NCBI GenBank assembly: GCA_043228905.1
Contig: JBHGNT010000026.1
Location: forward strand, 446,248 to 510,247
From: Azolla caroliniana
Taxonomy: Eukaryota > Plantae > Polypodiophyta
Length of the DNA stretch: 64,000 nucleotides
Reading direction: 5' to 3'
Position numbers and translations under genes: made by a program. The notes beneath the pieces were generated by a model. It saw only the letters and a program-made list of their open reading frames with translations. It was not told the origin of the DNA and ran no database searches. Below, in pieces: positions 54,701 to 64,000 of this stretch (the stretch's first letter is position 1; every line of letters begins with the position of its first letter).

Positions 54701-57700
54701 AAATTACCAAATTTGATGAGTGAGTTGAGAGGAGCCCTTGAGTAAATTAAAATGGTCATACCTAGCGAGTGTAATATCGGATTTTTGTGTACAAACATGC
54801 GAATCGAAGCTAACAACGCTAGCAATGATATGGAATTAAAAAATCAAGATTTTGAAACTCAGGTCGAGAGACATGACGAAATTACCAAATTTGATGAGTG
54901 AGTTGAGAGGAGCCCTTGAGTAAATTAAAATGGTCATACCTAGCGAGTGTAATATCGGATTTTTGTGTACAAACATGCGAATCGAAGCTAACAACGCTAG
55001 CTATGATATGGAATAAAAAAAACAAGATTTTGAAACTCAGGTCGAGAGACATGACGAAATTACCAAATTTGAGGAGTGAGTTGAGAGGAGCCCTTGAGTA
55101 AATTAAAATGGTCATACCTAGCTAGTGTGATATCGGATTTTTGTGTTCAAACATGCGAATCGAAGCTAACAACGTTAGCTATGATATGGAATTAAAAAAT
55201 CAAGATTTTGAAACTCAGGTCGAGAGACATGACGAAATTTCCAAATTTCAGGAGGGAGTTGAGAAGAGCTAGTAGGTAAATTATAATGTTCATACCTAGC
55301 TCGTGTTATATCGGATTTTTGTGTTCAAACATGCGAATCGAAGCTAACAACGCTAGCTATGATATGGAATTACAAAATCAAGATTTTGAAACTCCAGTCG
55401 AGAGACATGATGAAATTTCCAAATTTGACGAGTGACGTTGGAAGAGCGCGTGAGTGAATTAAAATGTTCATACCTGGCTCGTGTGATATCGGATTTTTGT
55501 GTTCAAACATGGAAATCGAAGCTAACAACGCTAGCTATGATATGGAATTAAAAAATCAATATTTTGAAAATCAGGTCGAGAGGCATGACGAAATTAGCAA
55601 ATTTGAGGAGTGAGTTGAGAGGAGCCCTTGAGTAAATTAAAATGTTCATACCTAGTGAGCGTGATATCGGATTTTTGTGTTCAAACATGCGAATCGAAGC
55701 TAACAACGCAAGCTATGATATGGAATTAAAAAATCAAGATTTTGAAACTCAGGTCGAGAGACATGACGAAATTAGCAACCTTGACGAGGGAGTTGAGAGG
55801 AGCCCTTAAGTAAATAAAAATGTTCATACCTAGCGAGTGTGATATCGGATTTTTGTGTTCAAACATGCGAATCGAAGCTAACAACGCTAGCTGTGATTTG
55901 GAATTAAAAAATCAAGATTTTGCAACTCAAGTCGAGAGACATGACGAAATTAGCAAATTTGAGGAGTGACTTGAGAGGAGCCCTTGAGTAAATTAAAATG
56001 TTCATACCTAGCGAGTGTGATATCGGATTTTTGTGTACAAACATGCGAATCGAAGCTAACAACGCTAGCTATGATATGGAATTAAAAAATCAAGATTTTG
56101 AAACTCAGGTCGAGAGACATGACGAAATTTCCAAATTTCACGAGGGAGTTGACAAGAGCTAGTAGGTAAATTATAATGTTCATACCTGGTTCGTGTGATA
56201 TCGGATTTTTGTGTTCAAACATGCGAATCGAAGCTAACAACGCTAGCTATGATATGGAATTACAAAATCAAGATTTTGAAACTCAGGTCGAGAGACATGA
56301 CGAAATTACCAAATTTGAGGAGGGAGTTGAGAGGGGCCCTTGAGTAAATTAAAATGTTCATACCTAGCGAGTGTGATATCGGATTTTTGTGTTCAAACAT
56401 GCGAATCGAAGCTAACAACGCTAGCTGTGATTTGGAATTAAAAAATCAAGATTTTGATACTCAGGTCGAGAGACATGACGAAATTAGCAAATTTGAGGAG
56501 TGAGTTGAGAGGAGCCCTTGAGTAAATTAAAATGGTCATACCTAGCGAGTGTGATATCGGATTTTTGTGTTCAAACATGCGAATCGAAGCTAACAACGCT
56601 AGCTGTGATTTGGAATTAAAAAATCAAGATTTTGATACTCAGGTCGAGAGACATGACGAAATTAGCAAATTTGAGGAGTGAGTTGAGAGGAGCCCTTGAG
56701 TAAATTAAAATGGTCATACCTAGCGAGTGTGATATCGGATTTTTGTGTACAAACATGCGAATCGAAGCTAACAACGCTAGCTATGATATGGAATTAAAAA
56801 ATCAAGATTTTGAAACTCAGGTCGAGAGACATGACGAAATTTCCAAATTTCAGGAGGGAGTTGACAAGGAGCCCTTGAGTAAATTAAAATGGTCATACCT
56901 AGCGAGTGTGATATCGGATTTTTGTGTACAAACATGCGAATCGAAGCTAACAACGCTAGCTATGATATGGAATTAAAAAATCAAGATTTTGAAACTCAGG
57001 TCGAGAGACATGACGAAATTACCAAATTTGAGGAGTGAGTTGAGAGGAGCCCTTGAGTAAATTAAAATGGTCATACCTAGCGAGTGTGATATCGGATTTT
57101 TGTGTACAAACATGCGAATCGAAGCTAACAACGCTAGCTATGATATGGAATTACAAAATCAAGATTTTGAAACTCCAGTCGAGAGACTTGATGAAATTGC
57201 CAAATTTGAGGAGTGACGTTGGAAGAGCGCGTGAGTGAATTAAAATGTTCATACCTGGCTCGTGTGATATCGGATTTTTGTGTTCAAACATGCAAATCGA
57301 AGCTAACAACGCTAGCTATGATATAGAATTAAAAAATAAAGATTTTGAAACTCAGGTCGAGAGACATGACGAAATTACCAAATTTGATGAGTGAGTTGAG
57401 AGGAGCCCTTGAGTAAATTAAAATGTTCATACCTAGCGAGTGTGATATCGCACTTTTGTGTACAAACATGCGAATCGAAGCTAACAACGCTAGCTATGAT
57501 ATGGAATTAAAAAATCAAGATTTTGAAACTCAGGTCGAGAGACATGACGAAATTACCAAATTTGAGGAGTGAGTTGAGAGGAGCCCTTGAATAATTTAAA
57601 ATGGTCATACCTAGCGAGTGTGATATCGGATTTTTGTGTACAAACATGCGAATCGAAGCTAACAACGCTAGCTATGATATGGAATTAAAAAATCAAGAGT

Positions 57701-60700
57701 TTGAAACTCAGGTCGAGAGACATGACGAAATTTCCAAATTTCAGGAGGGAGTTGAGAAGAGCTAGTAGGTAAATTATAATGTTCATACCTAGTTCGTGTG
57801 ATATCGGATTTTTGTGTTCAAACATTCGAATCGAAGGTAACAACGCTAGCTATGATATGGAATTAAAAAATCAAGATTTTGAAACTCCAGTCGAGAGACA
57901 TGATGAAATTTCCAAATTTGAGGAGTGACGTTGGAAGAGCGCGTGAGTGAATTAAAATGTTCATACCTGGCTCGTGTGATATCGGATTTTTGTGTTCAAA
58001 CATGCGAATCGAAGCTAACAACGCTAGCTATGATATGGAATTAAGAAATCAAGATTTTGACACTCAGGTCGAGAGACATGACGAAATTAGCAAATTTGAG
58101 GAGTGAGGTGAGAGGAGCCCTTGAGTAAATTAAAATGGTCATACTTAGCGAGTGTGATATCGGATTTTTGTGTACAAACATGCGAATCGAAGCTAACAAC
58201 GTTAGCTATGATATGGAATTAAAAAATCAAGATTTTGAAACTCAGGTCGAGAGACATGACGACATTTCCAAATTTCAGGAGGGAGTTGAGAAGAGCTAGT
58301 AGGTAAATTATAATGTTCATACCTGGTTCGTGTGATATTGGATTTTTGTGTTCAAACATTCGAATCGAAGCTAACAACGCTAGCTATGATATGGAATTAC
58401 AAAATCAAGATTTTGAAACTCCAGTCGAGAGACATGATGAAATTGCCAAATTTGACGAGTGACGTTGGAAGAGCGCGTGAGTGAATTAAAATGTTCATAC
58501 CTGGCTCGTGTGATATCGGATTTTTGTGTTCAAACATGCAAATCGAAGCTAACAACGCTAGCTATGATATGGAATTAAAAAATCAATATTTTGAAAATCA
58601 GGTCGAGAGGCATGACGAAATTAGCAAATTTGAGGAGTGAGTTGAGAGGAGCCCTTGAGTAAATTAAAATGTTCATACCTAGTGAGCGTGATATCGGATT
58701 TTTGTGTTCAAACATGCGAATCGAAGCTAACAACGCTAGCTATGATATGGAATTAAAAAATCAAGATTTTGAAACTAAGGTTGAGAGACATGACGAAATT
58801 AGCAAATTTGAGGAGTGACTTTGGAAGAGCGCGTGAGTGAATTAAAATGTTCATACCTGGCTCGTGTGATATCGGATTTTTGTGTTCAAACATGCTAATC
58901 GAAGCTAACAACGCTAGCTATGATATGGAATTAAAAAATCAAGATTTTGAAACTCAGGTCCAGATACATGACGAAATTAGCAAATTTGAGGAGTGAGTTG
59001 AGAGGAGCCCTTGAGTAAATTAAAATGTTCATACATAGCGAGTGTGATATCGGATTTTTGTGTGCAAACATGCGAATCGAAGCTAACAACGCTAGCTATG
59101 ATATGGAATTAAAAAATCAAGATTTTGAAACTCAGGTCGAGAGACATGACGAAATTACCAAATTTGAGGAGGGGGTTGAGAGGGGCCCTTGAGTAAATTA
59201 AAATGTTCATACCTAGCTCGTGTGATATCGGATTTTTGTGTTCAAACATGCGAATCGAAGCTAACAACGCTAGCTATGATATGGAATAAAAAAAACAAGA
59301 TTTTGAAACTCAGGTCGAGAGACATGACGAAATTACCAAATTTGAGGAGTGAGTTGAGAGGAGCCCTTGAGTAAATTAAAATGGTCATACCTAGCGAGTG
59401 TAATATCGGATTTTTGTGTACAAACATGCGAATCGAAGCTAACAACGCTAGCTATGATATGGAATTAAAAAATCAAGATTTTGAAACTCAGGTCGAGAGA
59501 CATGACGACATTTCCAAATTTCAGGAGGGAGTAGAGAAGAGCTAGTAGGTAAATTATAATGTTCATACCTGGTTCGTGTGATATTGGATTTTTGTGTTCA
59601 AACATTCGAATCGAAGCTAACAACGCTAGCTATGATATGGAATTACAAAATCAAGATTTTGAAACTCCAGTCGAGAGACTTGATGAAATTGCCAAATTTG
59701 AGGAGTGACGTTGGAAGAGCGCGTGAGTGAATTAAAATGTTCATACCTGGCTCGTGTGATATCGGATTTTTGTGTTCAAACATGCAAATCGAAGCTAACA
59801 ACGCTAGCTATGATATAGAATTAAAAAATAAAGATTTTGAAACTCAGGTCGAGAGACATGACGAAATTACCAAATTTGATGAGTGAGTTGAGAGGAGCCC
59901 TTGAGTAAATTAAAATGGTCATACCTAGCGAGTGTAATATCGGATTTTTGTGTACAAACATGCGAATCGAAGCTAACAACGCTAGCAATGATATGGAATT
60001 AAAAAATCAAGATTTTGAAACTCAGGTCGAGAGACATGACGAAATTACCAAATTTGAGGAGGGAGTTGAGAAGAGCTAGTAGGTAAATTATAATGTTCAT
60101 ACCTGGCTCGTGTGATATCGGTTTTTTGTGTTCAAACATGCAAATCGAAGCTAACAACGCTAGCTATGATATAGAATTAAAAAATAAAGATTTTGAAACT
60201 CAGGTCGAGAGACATGACGAAATTACCAAATTTGAGGAGGGGGTTGAGAGGGGCCCTTGAGTAAATTAAAATGTTCATACCTAGCTCGTGTGATATCGGA
60301 TTTTTGTGTTCAAACATGCGAATCGAAGCTAACAACGCTAGCTATGATATGGAATAAAAAAAACAAGATTTTGAAACTCAGGTCGAGAGACATGACGAAA
60401 TTACCAAATTTGAGGAGTGAGTTGAGAGGAGCCCTTGAGTAAATTAAAATGGTCATACCTAGCTAGTGTGATATCGGATTTTTGTGTTCAAACATGCGAA
60501 TCGAAGCTAACAACGTTAGCTATGATATGGAATTAAAAAATCAAGATTTTGAAACTCAGGTCGAGAGACATGACGAAATTTCCAAATTTCAGGAGGGAGT
60601 TGAGAAGAGCTAGTAGGTAAATTATAATGTTCATACCTAGCTCGTGTTATATCGGATTTTTGTGTTCAAACATGCGAATCGAAGCTAACAACGCTAGCAA

Positions 60701-63300
60701 TGATATGGAATTAAAAAATCAAGATTTTGAAACTCAGGTCGAGAGACATGACGAAATTACCAAATTTGAGGAGGGAGTTGAGAAGAGCTAGTAGGTAAAT
60801 TATAATGTTCATACCTGGCTCGTGTGATATCGGTTTTTTGTGTTCAAACATGCAAATCGAAGCTAACAACGCTAGCTATGATATAGAATTAAAAAATAAA
60901 GATTTTGAAACTCAGGTCGAGAGACATGACGAAATTACCAAATTTGAGGAGTGAGTTGAGAGGAGCCCTTGAGTAAATTAAAATGGTCATACCTAGCGAG
61001 TGTAATATCGGATTTTTGTGTACAAACATGCGAATCGAAGCTAACAACGCTAGCTATGATATGGAATTACAAAATCAAGATTTTGAAACTCAGGTCGAGA
61101 GATATGACGAAATTAGCAAATTTGAGGAGTGAGTTGAGAGGAGCCCTTGAGTAAATTAAAATGGTCATACCTAGCGAGTGTAATATCGGATTTTTGTGTA
61201 CAAACATGCGAATCGAAGCTAACAAGGCTAGCTATGATATGGAATTACAAAATCAAGATTTTGAAACTCAGGTCGAGAGATATGACGAAATTAGCAAATT
61301 TGAGGAGTGAGTTGAGAGGAGCCCTTGAGTAAATTAAAATGGTCATACCTAGCGAGTGTGATATCGGATTTTTGTGTTCAAACATGCGAATCTAAGCTAA
61401 ATACGCTAGCTATGATATGGAATTAAAAAATCAAGATTTTGAATCTCAGGTCGAGAGACATGACGAAATTACCAAATTTGAGGAGCGAGTTAAGAAGAGC
61501 TATTAGGTAAATTACAATGTTCATACCTGGCTCGTGTGATATCGGTTTTTTGTGTTCAAACATGCGAATCGAAGCTAACAATGCTAGCTATGATATGGAA
61601 TTAAAAAATCAAGATTTTGAAACTCAGGTCGAGAGACATGACGAAATTTCCAAATTTCAGGAGGGAGTTGAGAAGAGCTAGTAGGTAAATTAAAATGGTT
61701 ATACCTAGCGAGTGTGATATCGGATTTTTGTGTTCAAACATGCGAATCGAAGCTAATAACGCTAGCTATGATATGGAATTAAAAAATCAAGATTTTGCAA
61801 CTCAAGTCGAGAGACATAAAGAAATTACCAAATTTGAGGAGTGAGGTTGGAAGAGCGCGTGAGTGAATTAAAATGTTCATACCTGGCTCGTGTGATATCG
61901 GATTTTTGTGTTCAAACATGCGAATCGAAGCTAACAACGCTAGCAATGATATGGAATTAAAAAATCAAGATTTTGAAACTCAGGTCGAGAGACATGACGA
62001 AATTAGCAAATTTGAGGAGTGAGTTGAGAGGAGCCCTTGAGTAAATTAAAATGGTCATACCTAGCGAGTGTGATATCGGATTTTTGTGTACAAACATGCG
62101 AATCGAAGCTAACAACGCTAGCTATGATATGGAATTAAAAAATCAAGATTTTGAAACCCAGGTCGAGAGACATGACGAAATTAGCAAATTTGAGGAGTGA
62201 GTTAGGAGGAGCCCTTGAGTAAATTAAAATGGTCATACCTAGCGAGTGTGATATCGGATTTTTGTGTACAAACATGCGAATCGAAGCTAACAACGCTAGC
62301 TATGATATGGAATTAAAAAATCAAGATTTTGAAACTCAGGTCGAGAGACATGACGACATTTCCAAATTTCAGGAGGGAGTAGAGAAGAGCTTGTAGGTAA
62401 ATTATAATGTTCATACCTGGTTCGTGTGTATTGGATTTTTGTGTTCAAACATTCGAATCGAAGCTAACAACGCTAGCTATGATATGGAATTACAAAATCA
62501 AGATTTTGAAACTCCAGTCGAGAGACATGATAAAATTACCAAATTTGAGGAGTGACGTTGGAAGAGCGCGTGAGTGAATTAAAATGTTCATACCTGGCTC
62601 GTGTGATATCGGATTTTTGTGTTCAAACATGCGAATCGAAGCTAACAACGCTAGCTATCATATGAAATTAAGAAATCAAGATTTTGACACTCAGGTCAAG
62701 AGACATGACGAAATTAGCAAATTTGAGGAGTGAGTTGAGAGGAGCCCTTGAGTAAATTAAAATGGTCATACCTAGCGAGTGTGATATCGGATTTTTGTGT
62801 ACAAACATGCGAATCGAAGCTAACAACGCTAGCTATGATATGGAATTAAAAAATCAAGATTTTGAAACTCAGGTCGAGAGACATGACGACATTTCCAAAT
62901 TTCAGGAGGGAGTAGAGAAGAGCTAGTAGGTAAATTATAATGTTCATACCTGGTTCGTGTGATATTGGATTTTTGTGTTCAAACATTCGAATCGAAGCTA
63001 ACAACGCTAGCTATGATATGGAATTACAAAATCAAGATTTTGAAACTCCAGTCGAGAGACATGATAAAATTACCAAATTTGAGGAGTGACGTTGGAAGAG
63101 CGCGTGAGTGAATTAAAATGTTCATACCTGGCTCGTGTGATATCGGATTTTTGTGTTCAAACATGCGAATCGAAGCTAACAACGCTAGCTATCATATGGA
63201 ATTAAGAAATCAAGATTTTGACACTGAGGTCGAGAGACATGACGAAATTAGCAAATTTGAGGAGTGAGTTGAGAGGATCCCTTGAGTAAATTAAAATGGT
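33046..63300 (+). repeat. About 10-kb macro-repeat (55-58 monomers), three copies starting near 33046, 42833 and 55335
   Basis: Offsets of 9787 (55x178 - 3) at 34421->44208, 38499->48286, 39567->49354 and 40279->50066; 10321 at 42414->52735; 10903 at 48286->59189 and 50066->60969; 12502 at 44208->56710. Confidence 0.92.
52852..54132 (+). repeat. Out-of-register tandem duplication with a 645-bp unit (4x178 - 67)
   Basis: 52852 onward is repeated from 53497 with the same variants in order (CTAGCTAGTG, AACGTTAGC, GTGTTATATC, CATGGAAATC, CTAGTGAGCG). Confidence 0.88.
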
Positions 63301-63941
63301 CATACCTAGCGAGTGTGATATCGGATTTTTGTGTTCAAACATTCGAATCGAAGCTAACAACGCTAGCTATGATATGGAATTAAAAAATCAAGATTTTGAA
63401 ACTCAGGTCGAGAGGCATGACGAAATTAGCAAATTTGAGGAGTGAGTTGAGAGGAGCCCTTGAGTAAATTAAAATGTTCATACCTAGTGAGCGTGATATC
63501 GGATTTTTGTGTTCAAACATGCGAATCGAAGCTAACAACGCTAGCTATGATACGGAATTAAAAAATCAAGATTTTGAAACTCAGGTCGAGAGACATGACG
63601 AAATTAACAACCTTGACGAGGGAGTTGAGAGGAGCCCTTAAGTAAATAAAAATGTTCATACCTAGCTCGTGTGATATCGGATTTCTGTGTTCAAACATGC
63701 GAATCGAAGCTAACAACGCTAGCTGTGATTTGGAATTAAAAAATCAAGATTTTGACACTCAGGTCGAGAGACATGACGAAATTAGCAAATTTGAGGAGTG
63801 AGTTGAGAGGAGCCCTTGAGTAAATTAAAATGGTCATACCTAGCGAGTGTGATATCGGATTTTTGTGTACAAACATGCGAATCGAAGCTAACAACGCTAG
63901 CTATGATATGGAATTAAAAAATCAAGATTTTGAAACTCAGG

Positions 63942-64000
63942 TCCATATCATAGCTAGCGTTGTTAGCTTCGATTCGAATGTTTGAACACAAAAATCCAAT
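63942..64000 (-). repeat. Start of an inverted (minus-strand) block of the same satellite; runs off the right edge
   Basis: The reverse complement of 63942-64000 is ATTGGATTTTTGTGTTCAAACATTCGAATCGAAGCTAACAACGCTAGCTATGATATGGA, identical to forward 62964-63022. Confidence 0.97.

Larger units (their letters stand above)
1..63943 (+). repeat. 178-bp satellite DNA tandem array, about 360 head-to-tail monomers, forward orientation; runs off the left edge
   Basis: AACATGCGAATCGAAGCT recurs at 1, 179, 357 and onward to 63872. ORF-track starts are spaced in multiples of 178 (657->835, 9163->12367). 63871 bp plus 209 bp net deletion equals 360 x 178. No unique sequence interrupts the array. Confidence 0.99.
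30960..63943 (+). repeat. Satellite domain 2 (variant subfamily 2)
   Basis: Variants GCTGTGATTTGG, AGCAACCTTGACG, GACGACATTT, CTAGTGAGCG, CATGGAAATC and GTGTAATATC first appear after about 30.96 kb and recur to the end. Confidence 0.8.

Noticed and set aside
657-61332. Over a hundred 61-106 aa ORFs on both strands (MSKLK..., MLASIRM..., MVIPSEC...)
   Set aside because: Each is about one monomer long. 178 is not a multiple of 3, so frames end every unit; many start at TTG/GTG; and presence depends on single SNPs such as TAA versus TAC. No recognisable domain is present.
1-63943. CRISPR array or repeat-spacer system
   Set aside because: There are no unique spacers, the variable box has only about four related alleles, the period of 178 bp is far too long, and no cas genes are present.
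1-63943. Tandem 5S rRNA, tRNA or snRNA gene array
   Set aside because: I see no 5S or tRNA sequence, cloverleaf or convincing Pol III A/B/C boxes. The T-tract alone is not evidence.
63854-64000. MITE, terminal inverted repeat, terminator or miRNA hairpin
   Set aside because: Both arms are ordinary satellite sequence, no target-site duplication or element end is visible, and the array inversion explains the hairpin fully.

Overview
The whole window is non-coding satellite DNA: a head-to-tail tandem array of a 178-bp AT-rich monomer, about 360 copies (approximate consensus AACATGCGAATCGAAGCTAACAACGCTAGCTATGATATGGAATTAAAAAATCAAGATTTTGAAACTCAGGTCGAGAGACATGACGAAATTACCAAATTTGAGGAGTGAGTTGAGAGGAGCCCTTGAGTAAATTAAAATGKTCATACCTAGCGAGTGTGATATCGGATTTTTGTGTWCA). 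I found no genes, RNA genes, transposons or CRISPR arrays, and every listed ORF is a chance reading of the monomer. Monomer length and CG/CHG-type transitions suggest methylated eukaryotic, probably plant, (peri)centromeric or subtelomeric heterochromatin, but I cannot name the family. The interest lies in the array architecture: (1) two domains with different private variants meeting near 30.6-31.0 kb; (2) nested higher-order repeats of 7, 11, 12, 13, 18 and about 55-58 monomers; (3) a patchwork rearrangement at 52.85-55.1 kb with two different -67 bp junctions that use the same internal micro-homology; (4) a length-neutral conversion tract with an identifiable donor at 48.5-49.0 kb; (5) a strand inversion in the last 59 bp. 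A hand-made list of 21 indel sites (net -209 bp) accounts exactly for the monomer phase from base 1 to base 63872. I see no evidence of a new protein- or RNA-encoding system.
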